DNA of 64,000 nucleotides from assembly GCA_963842525.1 (NCBI GenBank), contig CAWJGT010000025.1:352001-416000 (forward strand), in the 5' to 3' direction. The position numbers and the translations under genes are program-made. Under the pieces are notes generated by a model. It saw only the letters and a list, made by a program, of their open reading frames with translations, did not search any database and was not told where the DNA came from. Shown one piece after another: positions 42,001 through 49,993 of this stretch; the first letter of the stretch is position 1; every line of letters begins with the position of its first letter. Origin of the DNA: an uncultured Holophagales bacterium. GTDB taxonomy: Bacteria > Acidobacteriota > Thermoanaerobaculia > Multivoradales > UBA5704.

Positions 42001-42518
42001 GGGACGCTCGCTCCGGACAGCCGCTCACCTCCGCCCTGCAGCATCAGGGCGCCGTCGTCGCCGTAGCCTTCAGCCCGGATGGCCGGACCATCCTGACGGG
42101 GTCCGGAGACAACACCGCCCGGCTCTGGGACGCTCGCTCCGGACGGTCCGTTTCGCCTATCTTGCGAATTCAGGATTCAGCTCGGAACATTGCCTTCAAG
42201 CCAGATGGAGAGGCCTTTTTCGTAGCAACAGGCCACTGGCTGAATTTCTATTCGTGGAATGGCAAAGAAGCTGTACCCCAAAGCAGCCAGTGGCTCCGGG
42301 GGTTTTGGAAAAAGGGATTCCGATTCCCTCCCGACTGCGAGAGCTGCCTCCAGGTCGCGTTGGGGGGTACCGGCAATTCCTTCCGCCTCGAAACCCTTCG
42401 CCTCGACGAGCCTATCGATCCGCCGATCGAGGGAGACCCGGAGAAGCTCCTCAAAATGTGGCAGGACCGCCTGGGGCTCAATTTTGACGAGCAGACGATG
42501 AAGCCGGTTCCAAGATAG
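39051..42518 (+). CDS. AAA_35-like STAND NTPase - TM - WD40 repeat protein
   Basis: YVERRAD, ARQMGKSSL, VFVDEID, TPFNIG, TGGHPYL, one TM helix, 13 WD40 repeats plus one degenerate; overlaps the upstream stop. Confidence 0.93.
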   Translation: MSETAAPASPFYVVGGTLKPGAPSYVERRADTDLYESLLAESFCYVLTARQMGKSSLMARTAKRLEQDDIRTAVVDLTQIGTERGALAAGQWYFGIANEVHRHLQIAVPLRPWWQERADLPPIQRLTNFFREFVLEHCLGRVVVFVDEIDSTIGLPFADDFFAALRSCFNARATDTSFERLTFVLLGVATPDQLIQDPARTPFNIGKRIDLTDFTADEAWRLAPGLHADPAAAGRQLERVLHWTGGHPYLTQVLCRAVREQAAENGTAEESVDPWVEELFFSSRAQREEANLKQARARLERPGPEGRRLLRIYRRIRQGKSVTDQPLSPLFAQLKLAGVVKATDEGRLAVRNRIYEVVFTPEWAKSAMPADRGRQLATATLAAAVVGVLVWYVAFQPPLYERAFQAAFEDDGYNGAREAYIALRANPFSRSKATELMQQFWEQRALRYAHAGQRDESLLSCLQGLALRDSEKLGRQATNLVGPDYDRLRFTFRHQESIAAVAFSPDGRTVLTGSWDNTARLWDAGSGQPLTPPLRHLDDVVAVAFSPDGRTVLTGSWDDTARLWDAGSGQPLTPPLQHQDSVAAVGFSPDGRIILTGSWDKTARLWDVSSGHPLTPPLQHQDDVAAVGFSPDGRIILTGSRDKTARLWDARSGQPLTSPLQHQKDVVAVSFSPDGRIILTGSEDNTARLWDIGSGQPLTSPLQHQGVVVAVTFSPDGRIILTGSRDKTARLWDARSGQPLTSALQHQGAVVAVAFSPDGRTILTGSEDNTVRLWDARSGQPLTSALQHQGAVVAVAFSPDGRTVLTGSWDKTARLWDARPGHPLTLSLRHLDDIVAVAFSPDGRTVLTGSWDKTARLWDARSGQPLTSALQHQGAVVAVAFSPDGQTVLTGSEDKMARLWDARSGQPLTSALQHQGAVVAVAFSPDGRTVLTGSWDDTARLWDAGSGQPLPPPLQHQDSVAAVAFSPDGRTILTGSGDNTARLWDARSGQPLTSALQHQGAVVAVAFSPDGRTILTGSGDNTARLWDARSGRSVSPILRIQDSARNIAFKPDGEAFFVATGHWLNFYSWNGKEAVPQSSQWLRGFWKKGFRFPPDCESCLQVALGGTGNSFRLETLRLDEPIDPPIEGDPEKLLKMWQDRLGLNFDEQTMKPVPR
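40530..42167 (+). repeat. 13 x 126-bp highly similar WD40-coding repeats
   Basis: 42-aa unit H..xV.AVxFSPDGRx[VI]LTGSxDxTARLWDxxSGQPLT. Confidence 0.93.
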
Positions 42519-42539
42519 GCCGCATCCCGCGCGGGCATC

Positions 42540-43114
42540 TCACCCCTGGTGCAAGAAGCTCCCATCTCGGAGCTGGGAAAGCGCCGTTTCGAGCTCAGCC
42601 CGGGTGTTCATGACGATCGGTCCGTGCCAGGCGACGGGCTCTTCCAGGGGCTTTCCTGAGGCGAGGAGGAAACGGATGCCTTCCTCGCCGGCCTGCACGA
42701 CGACTTCGTCGCCGCGGTCGCGGTCATCTTGAGGGAAGCGGGGAGATTCGCCCAGAGCTGGAAGCCGTGCATCCGGCCCGTCTCATCGCCCTGCGGCATC
42801 TCCTGATGGATGATGCCGCGCCCTGCGGTCATCCACTGCAGGTCCCCGGCGCCGAGCGCGCCCTGGTTGCCGAGGCTGTCGTTATGGGACACGGTGCCCG
42901 AGAGCACATAGGTGATCGTCTCGATGCCGCGGTGCGGGTGCCACGGAAAGCCGGCCAGGTAGTCCGCCGGCCGGTCATTCCGGAAGTCGTCCAGAAGCAG
43001 GAATGGATCAAAATCTCCGGTCTCGCCGAATCCGAAAGCCCGGCGCAGCCGAACGCCGGCGCCCTCGACCGTCGGGGTGGCCTGGGAGATGTGATTGATG
43101 GAGCGGATCGACAT
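42540..43114 (-). pseudogene. pirin family gene with internal deletion
   Basis: N-terminal GFPWHPHRGIETITY..GFQLWANLP..KMT joined out of frame at ~42720 to C-terminal DRGDEV..GKPLEEPVAWHGPIVMNT; middle part missing. Confidence 0.85.
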
Positions 43115-43236
43115 GGGAAGCCTCCTGTCAGGTGCTGCTCCCGTTGCAACTGTCGCTACAGGACGGGAATTCCCCCGCGGCCTTGGATCCGCCGTCAGGC
43201 CGCGGGATCGCCATACATCGGGAACTTGTCGAAGAA

Positions 43237-44095
43237 CTAGTCGTCGTCATATCGGCGGACGGCGTGAAGGGCCTCGCGGCGCGCCCCGGCGTCGCTCGTC
43301 ATCAGCCGTGCCAGCGCCGCGGGAAGCAGGGCGTCGCCGGCCCGGCTTGCGATCAGCTCGCGAATGCGATCGGCTTTGAAGTGAACGACCGCCATCCGCA
43401 ACTGGTTGTGCAGCACTGTCTCCCAGTCGCGCTGGTAGTCGGGGAAAGCATCCGACGGCGGAAAAGGTGAGCAATGTCCAGAGCGGGAGCGAGCATGCAC
43501 CGGTAGCCGAGGAGCCATAGCCTCAAGCTCAGCTCCGCGTCCTCGATGCCGTACCGGACCATGCCCTCGTCGAAACCGCCGGTGGCTTCGAAGACCTCGC
43601 GGCGCATCGCCAGGAAACCGCCGCCCAACAGCGGGACCGGGTAGGGATCGGTCCCTCCTTGCGGTGGAGGGAGCGCCAGTCGAGCCATGGGTCGGAGAAG
43701 TGCAGACCCCACCCCTTGAGGGTGCGGTCGTCCATATTGCTGATCACCGGACCGACGACGCCGACCCCCGGGTCCGCCAGCGCCTCCAGCAGCGGAGAGA
43801 CCCAACTTGGCGGCGCCTCGATGTGGGCGTCGCCGAAGACGACGACATCACCGTGGCATTGGCGGGCACCCAGGTTCCGCGCCTGCGAGACCCCCAGCCG
43901 TTCTCGTTGACGAAGGACCCGGACGACCGGCGGACCGCCGTCGTCTTCGAGGCGGTCGGCGCTGCCGTCGGTCGAGTTGTCGTCCACGATCACGATCTCG
44001 CCGCCCTGCGGGAGCCCGGCCCGCAGGCTGCTCACAGTGCTGCGGAGATGCTCGCCCTCGTTGCGGCTGACGATCACCACGCTTACTTGAGCCAT
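43237..44095 (-). CDS. glycosyltransferase family 2 (two frameshifts)
   Basis: VSVVIVSRNEG, VDDNSTDGS, ARNLGA, FGDAH, GGFDEGM..EDAELSLR across frames. Confidence 0.85.
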
Positions 44096-45078
44096 TGGAA
44101 CTCGTTCTGGTGGACGAAGTTCGTGAAGGTGACGGTGACGCTGACGTCGAGTGACTTCACGTGGTGCCACCATCCGACCGGCAGGAACAGCACCTCGCCG
44201 GGCTCAAGGACGACCTGCATCGACGTGACGTCGCGAAACAGGGGATGCCTCTGGAAGTCCGGGTTGTCGCAGTCGACATCGCTGAAGACGCCGACCTCGT
44301 TGTAGACGCGGTGCGTCTGGTCCGGGGAGATCAGCAGGACGCGCTTCCTGCCGAAGACCTGGGCCATGAAGATGTTCATCACGTCGTGATGCAGCGGGGT
44401 GACGGTGCCGGCGGGTCCGAACCAGAAGTGCACCTGGCCGGCGGTCCTCTCAGGGTCCAGGTGCTCGGGGAAGCACCGGATGTCGTCGTAGAGCGGCTGC
44501 ATCTCCGGACGGCCGAAGAACCCGTTGTTGGCCACGAGATAGACGTCGTTGCTCTCGCCTCCGGCGGTGACCATGTCCGCGTAGTCACCGAACCGGACCT
44601 CTGTCCTGTGGGCCAGGCAGTTGATCTCGTACCGCGGATCCCTGTTCCGGCCGCTCATGATCTCGACGATCGCGTCGCCGCAGGTCTCCTTGAAATACCC
44701 CGGGTTCCACCGGGAGAGCGCCGGCCAGTCCTCCATGAGACCGGTGAGGATCACCGGTCGGTTGGCCGCGTAGTACCTCTCCAGGAGCTCCGCCCGGGAG
44801 ATCCCGCCGCGGCGCTCGACCGTCCCGGAGCCGTACGCGAGTGAGGCCAGAAAGCGATGAATGTCCAGCACCGATTCGAGCTTCTTCAGGCGTTGCACCA
44901 TCCGCGCGCCCGCCTGGAAGCCGGGGTCCATGGTCATGGCCTGGACCGCATGGGCCGCGGTGCTCGCGTCAAACCCGTTCTGGACGAGCGTCGCGACGAG
45001 CTGTTCGTCGCCGACCTCGAGCAGCTTGTTCTCGGCGATCCAGCGGCGCCAATCGTCGGAGACGGTCTGCATGCTCAT
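44083..45078 (-). CDS. JmjC / cupin-like (Cupin_8) 2OG-Fe(II) hydroxylase
   Basis: NRPVILTG, WFGPAGTVTPLHHD, QVFGRK, LEPGEVLFLPVGWWHHV. Confidence 0.9.
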   Translation of the reverse strand: MSMQTVSDDWRRWIAENKLLEVGDEQLVATLVQNGFDASTAAHAVQAMTMDPGFQAGARMVQRLKKLESVLDIHRFLASLAYGSGTVERRGGISRAELLERYYAANRPVILTGLMEDWPALSRWNPGYFKETCGDAIVEIMSGRNRDPRYEINCLAHRTEVRFGDYADMVTAGGESNDVYLVANNGFFGRPEMQPLYDDIRCFPEHLDPERTAGQVHFWFGPAGTVTPLHHDVMNIFMAQVFGRKRVLLISPDQTHRVYNEVGVFSDVDCDNPDFQRHPLFRDVTSMQVVLEPGEVLFLPVGWWHHVKSLDVSVTVTFTNFVHQNEFQWLK

Positions 45079-45128
45079 GGTGATCTCCTCGCCTAAGAAT
45101 AAGCTCAATCTTAAACCATGGGCCAGCC

Positions 45129-45345
45129 GCTCTTCGGAGCGGGTGACTTGCTCCGCGGAGCGGCGGCCTCCTGCCGAAAACTGGCTGAGTCGCTCCATGG
45201 AGCGGGCCAGGGGCTCTTCGGACCGTGCGGCTCGCTCCGAAGACCGGATGCTCCCGCCGAGGCATGGACGAGTCGCTCCATGGAGCGGGCCGGCCGCTCC
45301 GTGGTGTGGGCCCGACGCGCCGTGGAGCGAGCAGCACCAGCCGCG
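45129..45345. repeat. degenerate 21-bp-period GCTCCNNGGAGC palindrome array, left part
   Basis: units at 45129, 45150, 45192, 45213, 45234, 45275, 45296, 45317, 45338; continues after the IS1 element. Confidence 0.7.
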
Positions 45346-45386
45346 GGTCGTGTCCTAACTCAGTGTTGGCGCTGGAGGGGCGCAAG

Positions 45387-45668
45387 TCAGGAGGAGGGGT
45401 AAGAGGCTTCCGGGAACTCCCACGGGTCTAGGCGGACCCCCTTTTTCTCAATTGTCCGGCGCGCGCTGTATAGGATCGCTCTGAGGTAGTCTGATTGCGC
45501 CCGAGCCCCATCTACAGAGAACTTCTCCACTAGGGGGTTGTGTGGGGGAATCCAGACCCTAAACCTGATTTCGTCTCTGTCATCCGAAATTTGAGCGCGC
45601 GCCACCCACGGAGAGAAGGCTCCCTGTGTGGTGTCTATCAGCCACCGCTCGAAGGATTCAGGTGTCAT
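45387..45668 (-). CDS. hypothetical passenger protein
   Basis: low-GC ORF MTPESFERWLIDTT..; no recognisable motif. Confidence 0.5.
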   Translation of the reverse strand: MTPESFERWLIDTTQGAFSPWVARAQISDDRDEIRFRVWIPPHNPLVEKFSVDGARAQSDYLRAILYSARRTIEKKGVRLDPWEFPEASYPSS

Positions 45669-45833
45669 GCGGGCGCTCCACGCCGCTATTCTACTACTCC
45701 CATGCTCCCTCCTGTCGTCCCTCCTGTAGAATCCCCTCAAGCGCGGCTAGGCTGATCCCCGAAAGCCTGCCCCCCACGGCTGGCCCGCCGCGCTGATCTT
45801 TCCTCTCGTGGGGGTGCGCCGTGGGGGGTGCCA

Positions 45834-46106
45834 ATGGCGAACGCACGCAAGTATGGCCTCTCTCGCATTCTGGAGGCGTGCCGCTCCTTCGGGATGACGG
45901 AGGAGGATACACAGCTCTTCCTCGAAGAGCTTGAGCAATCTTCCGCACCTGTGGGGCGCCCGCCAAAGAAGCCAAGGCTGCAAACGCCACCGCCAACCGC
46001 GCCACACCCTGAGCCGCACCTGAAACCGAAGCCTTCCTCGCATCGAATTAGCTTCCTGGAGGGGCTCGCGGCGGCGGCGAGCGAGCGCCGGGACCGGAAA
46101 AAGTAG
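45834..46106 (+). CDS. hypothetical passenger protein
   Basis: GGGGGGTG SD-like sequence, helical N-terminus. Confidence 0.4.
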   Translation: MANARKYGLSRILEACRSFGMTEEDTQLFLEELEQSSAPVGRPPKKPRLQTPPPTAPHPEPHLKPKPSSHRISFLEGLAAAASERRDRKK

Positions 46107-46420
46107 AGCTGCTTTCCACGCGAAAGTGGACCGACTTTTGAGGCGCTCCATAGGAAAAGTCGGTCCACTTACAGCGAGAAAGTGGAGCCACTTTAAACAT
46201 CTGGAGTTATTGAGCTTACGGGGTTGACAGCCGGCGAGTCTGCTGCTTATGGTCTAGAAGACGAAGAGCCCAAGGGGTGCGATCCCAAGGGCTCTTCAGA
46301 GAACCAGACGCGGACCGTCCGGGACTCAGCAGGGGTAAGTGTACCCTCCCGCCGTCCGCGTCGCAACTGGAGGTTGCGATGCACCACTTCTACCGCGGTC
46401 CGGTGCCCCTTCACCGCTCC

Positions 46421-46642
46421 CTAGTCGGGCTCGTCGAGCGGAGCCTTCCCCGCCGCCTCATACCGCGCGGCTTCGGCGATCTCGCGCCGGGCGGTCCGGA
46501 CCAGCCTGTCCCGTATCCAGTCGGACAGACTGGTCCCGGTCAGCTCCGCGGCTTGCCGGATCAATGCGTCGTGGTCCCGGGTCAGCCTGATCCGGATGGA
46601 CTCTGAGTGCGTGCGGTTCTCGTCCTTCTTAGGTCTAGCCAT
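46421..46642 (-). CDS. ribbon-helix-helix DNA-binding protein (DUF1778-like)
   Basis: MARPKK..SIRIRLT....LIRQAAELTGTSLSDWIR. Confidence 0.8.
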   Translation of the reverse strand: MARPKKDENRTHSESIRIRLTRDHDALIRQAAELTGTSLSDWIRDRLVRTARREIAEAARYEAAGKAPLDEPD

Positions 46643-46650
46643 GGTTCAAA

Positions 46651-46732
46651 ATTGTATGCCTATGCGACCCACAAATCAAGAGGGAATATCTCGCCGAAAC
46701 CCCTTGACAAGTGTGCCACGTGGGCATACAAT
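46651..46732. promoter_or_regulatory. divergent sigma70 promoter pair
   Basis: plus strand TTGACA(46704)-N17-TACAAT; minus strand TTGATT(46679)-N17-TACAAT; shared 10-bp GGCATACAAT inverted repeat. Confidence 0.75.
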
Positions 46733-46755
46733 AACTCCAGAGTCGAGACAGAGAC

Positions 46756-47733
46756 ATGGACGCCACCACCCCCACCCTGACAGCCCTGGTCTGCCGCACA
46801 TGCGGCGGGCCGACCATTGGCTGGGGGCGGGACGCCAACCGCAACCCCCGCCGGTTCTGCAAGGCTTGCAGGAAGAGCTACGGGATCATCCCGGAGCGTC
46901 CCCTCGGCCGGATGAGGATCGACATGGACAAGGCCGTCCTGTGCATCTCTCTCCTGACAGAGGGCGCCTCGATTCGGAGCACAGAGAGGGTTGCGGGAAT
47001 CCACCGGGACACGATCATGCGGCTCCTGCGGCTCGCTGGCGGCAAGTGCGAGGCGATCCTGGGCAAGCACCTCCAGGCCGTCCCGGTGAAGGACGTTCAG
47101 GCGGACGAGCTGTGGTGCTTCGTGGGCATGAAGGAGAAGACGAAGGCCCGGAAGCAAAACACGGACCCGGACATGGGGGACGCCTACACCTTCCTGGCGA
47201 TCGAGCGCGATTCCAAGCTCCTCCTGGCGCATCACGTCGGCCGGCGCACCAGTGAGGATGCGAACATGTTCGCCGCCAAGCTGTCCGCCGCCGTGGGAAG
47301 CGACCGCTTCCAGATCTCGACGGACGGGCTGGACGCTTACCCGGAAGCCCTTGAATCTCATTTGGGCGGCCGGATCGACTATGCCCAGATCATCAAAACC
47401 TTTTCAGGTGAGGGACTCGACAGCGAACGGCGGTATTCTCCGCCGTCCATAATAGCCACCGAAAAGAGAGTTATTTCCGGGAGCCCGGATGAGTCCCGGA
47501 TCTGCACGAGCCATGTGGAGCGGGTCAACCTGCACGTGCGGATGATGTCCCGGCGGTTCACCCGCCTAACCACGGGATTCTCGAAGAAGCGGGAGGCTCT
47601 GAAGTCGGCGGTTGCCGTGTTCGTGGCGTCTTACAACTTCTGCTGGCGCCACTCGACGCTCCGGATGTCGCCCGCGATGCATGCGGGACTCACCCGGAAG
47701 GTATGGACGGTGCGCGATCTGCTGGTAGGCTAG
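46756..47733 (+). CDS. IS1-family DDE transposase
   Basis: CxxC..CxxC zinc ribbon, HTH (SIRSTERVAGIHRDT), ADELWCFV, STDGLDAY, HVERVNLHVRMMSRRFTRLTTGFSKK. Confidence 0.9.
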   Translation: MDATTPTLTALVCRTCGGPTIGWGRDANRNPRRFCKACRKSYGIIPERPLGRMRIDMDKAVLCISLLTEGASIRSTERVAGIHRDTIMRLLRLAGGKCEAILGKHLQAVPVKDVQADELWCFVGMKEKTKARKQNTDPDMGDAYTFLAIERDSKLLLAHHVGRRTSEDANMFAAKLSAAVGSDRFQISTDGLDAYPEALESHLGGRIDYAQIIKTFSGEGLDSERRYSPPSIIATEKRVISGSPDESRICTSHVERVNLHVRMMSRRFTRLTTGFSKKREALKSAVAVFVASYNFCWRHSTLRMSPAMHAGLTRKVWTVRDLLVG

Positions 47734-47752
47734 AAGAAAAAGGAGAGCCCTA

Positions 47753-48031
47753 ATGGCAAAGGATGAGAAGCGGACACCCGACGAAGACGCGATGACGATT
47801 GCGTTGGCGGCCGCTGCCGCGGCCTATTCAGATCTGCTTGTCAGAATTGCCCAACTCACCCAAGCCCTTATAGCCAAGGGTGTAATCACCGCCGCCGATG
47901 TTGAGAAGTCGATGACGGCTGAGGAGCGGAGCGATCTGTATGACGTTGCGACGGATCGTTTTGGGAATCAGCTCTTTGAGCTAGGTAAGACAAAGGCTCG
48001 AATTGACCGAGCGCGCCCTTCAACTCCTTAG
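47753..48031 (+). CDS. hypothetical passenger protein
   Basis: AAGGAG SD, lower GC, directly after the transposase. Confidence 0.6.
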   Translation: MAKDEKRTPDEDAMTIALAAAAAAYSDLLVRIAQLTQALIAKGVITAADVEKSMTAEERSDLYDVATDRFGNQLFELGKTKARIDRARPSTP

Positions 48032-48161
48032 CTCGGGCAAGAGCTTCGCGAAGGATCTTAGCTTGAGTGAGGGTCATAATGTCTCACTATGGGGCAATTT
48101 GCCCCTGTAGTCAAGAGGTGCGCGACAAAAAGGGCCGGCCCCTCTCGGGGCCGGTCGTGTC

Positions 48162-48908
48162 CTACTTCGCTTCGGAGAGATGCCGCGCCACGATCGGCGC
48201 GGGGTCCGGCAGCTCGCCGCGGAGCAGCACCGGGGCAAGCTCAGAGGCCAGCACCCGACACTGCGCGGAGGTCTTGAGCGTGGCGATCACGCGATGGGTG
48301 GGGAGGTGTACCAGGGTGCGGAGGTGATTGCGGTCCGGCCCGTGGCTCGTCCCCTGGTAGATCCCGAAGGGAGGGGAAACGACGCCGCGGACCTCGGTCT
48401 CTTGGCCGTCCATGAGGCAGACACGGAAGCGGACACCGTACCGCCATGCCAGAGGCAGAGGATTGCCGGCCCTGGCCCGGACCTTGAGATAGGCATCCGC
48501 CGCCGCAGCGAGCCACGTGCCGGCCGCACGGTGCCCCTCGGCCTCTGCCGCACGCTTCCAGCGGATCGACTGCTCGGCCGTCGCGTGGACCGTGAAAGAG
48601 GACGTCTTCATCAGGCCCATCGGTTGGGTATCTCCGCTTCGTCGGCCTTCCGTTTCGCCTGGAGCTTCCCGGCGTTCCCGCTCGAATTCGCGGAACGTCT
48701 CTTTGAGCTTGGGATGGTGGCGGATCAGGTGGTCCGCGGCGTAAAGCAGGAACTTGGCGAGAGGGGTGCCGTTCCCGAGTGCCTGCCGCGCCGCTTCGTC
48801 AAGCCGGCGCTGATCAAAGGTGTCATGGATGGTCACGGCAACCCGTTGCGGGCGGTACTCACCCACGGGTGCCAAGAGCTTGCGGCGGTCCTGATGGTAC
48901 CAGGCCAT
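48162..48908 (-). CDS. hypothetical passenger protein with two RHH-like segments (possibly two genes)
   Basis: RVAVTI..LDEAARQA..LAKFLLYAA and SFTVHAT..WKRAAEAEG..GTWLAAAA; terminator-like hairpin at 48127-48156. Confidence 0.55.
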   Translation of the reverse strand: MAWYHQDRRKLLAPVGEYRPQRVAVTIHDTFDQRRLDEAARQALGNGTPLAKFLLYAADHLIRHHPKLKETFREFERERREAPGETEGRRSGDTQPMGLMKTSSFTVHATAEQSIRWKRAAEAEGHRAAGTWLAAAADAYLKVRARAGNPLPLAWRYGVRFRVCLMDGQETEVRGVVSPPFGIYQGTSHGPDRNHLRTLVHLPTHRVIATLKTSAQCRVLASELAPVLLRGELPDPAPIVARHLSEAK

Positions 48909-48912
48909 GGCC

Positions 48913-49248
48913 TCAACCCCTCTCCGCCTGCCGACGTTGCCAGTCCTCGTACAGCGCTTCAGGCGTCATCTCTCCCGCTTCCTCCAGGGATAGGATGGCC
49001 GGCTCCAGATCATCAGCGAGGATGCATTCGATCGTGCCGCGCAGGGCAAAGGCGACGGACTGCGGGACCCTACCCTCTCCCATGGCTTCACTCTCTTCCG
49101 GGTAGATGAGGCTCTCTTCCAGCTCCCGGAGACAGAGCCGGGTGGTCTTGAGGAAGGAGTTGCAGCACTGTACGATCATCTGCGCTGCGATCTCTTCGGC
49201 GGTGTGCTCGGGGACGGGGGGCAGGGTAGAATCAGACAGCTCGGGCAT
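48913..49248 (-). CDS. hypothetical acidic helical passenger protein
   Basis: GGGAG SD; MPELSD..LRGTIECILADDLEPAILSLEEA. Confidence 0.6.
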   Translation of the reverse strand: MPELSDSTLPPVPEHTAEEIAAQMIVQCCNSFLKTTRLCLRELEESLIYPEESEAMGEGRVPQSVAFALRGTIECILADDLEPAILSLEEAGEMTPEALYEDWQRRQAERG

Positions 49249-49417
49249 GGGTTCGCTCCCTTGCTCGGGTAGGTCCGGGCGGGTGTGCAAGCACCCGTTC
49301 GGGCCGCTACCAGATTGTCAGTGGAGAGGCGTATTCCTCCCTACGGGAGGGAAGCTACCGCAGCTCAGAGGGGGCCGGGGCGGCCCCCTACCGCCAACAC
49401 TGAATTAGGACACGACC

Positions 49418-49580
49418 CAGCCGCGGAGCGGGGAGGCCGCTCCACAGCACGACTGCTCACTCCGCGGAGCGGTCTCCACCGATTTCGGTGCGGACCGCCC
49501 GCTCCGTGGCGAGAACCCCGTTCCGTGGAGCAGGCTGCTCCGAATTCCGGCCGGTCGACTTGTAGAGCTATGGAGCCGGC
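49418..49580. repeat. degenerate 21-bp-period palindrome array, right part
   Basis: units at 49418, 49439, 49459, 49501, ~49520, starting in register with the left part. Confidence 0.6.
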
Positions 49581-49739
49581 GCTTCCGAATACATCGCGGC
49601 CAGCCCCACACCGGTCAGCTTGCGCCAGTCAAGGTCCCAGGGCGCCCCTTTTCACGACCCATCATGATCGGCGCCGCTGCCACCCACCCGCCGCCCCTTT
49701 TCGTCTTAGGGCGTCTTCTATGAGAAGGCCCCGAATGTC

Positions 49740-49975
49740 AAGGCCGCCCTTGGCGGCCTTCCCTATCTGGCTTCAGAGCTGCGTCTGTCCCCGAGTCTTC
49801 TATCCGCACTCTCGAGGAGTCCGTCGCTTGGACTCGGTGCATGATGGGGTTCCACCGCAGCGGCGCTGCTATCTCTACAGCGGCCTCGTAGGCTGAAGAC
49901 GCCCAGCGCAGTCGCCGGCAGCGGGGGTTCGAACGCGAGCCTCCTATCGACCGTGGTTTCTCCTACCTGAGATTT
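49740..49975 (-). ncRNA. predicted bridge/seek RNA of the IS1111 element (ends approximate)
   Basis: target loop GGGCGTCTTC / GTAGAGA matches both flanks; donor loop CCCATC / ATAGA matches the circle junction; 3' hairpin at 49740-49760. Confidence 0.78.
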
Positions 49976-49993
49976 CCCCCTACCTGAGCTTTT

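Larger units (their letters stand above)
45346..49417 (+). mobile_element. IS1-family transposon with passenger genes, 4072 bp
   Basis: 26-bp TIRs GGTCGTGTCCTAA(C/T)TCAGTGTTGGCG with 1 mismatch; 8-bp TSD CAGCCGCG at 45338-45345 and 49418-49425; internal IS1-like transposase. Confidence 0.9.

Noticed and set aside
40530-42167. Diversity-generating retroelement template/variable repeats
   Set aside because: No reverse transcriptase is present, and the repeats are in-frame WD40 units rather than a template/variable pair.
46277-46606. Toxin ORF antisense to the RHH gene
   Set aside because: It overlaps the better-supported RHH gene and has no recognisable toxin features.
49717-49741. Circle-junction promoter of the IS1111 element
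   Set aside because: TTGACA is present at the element end, but I could not place a convincing -10 at 16-18 nt across the reconstructed junction.
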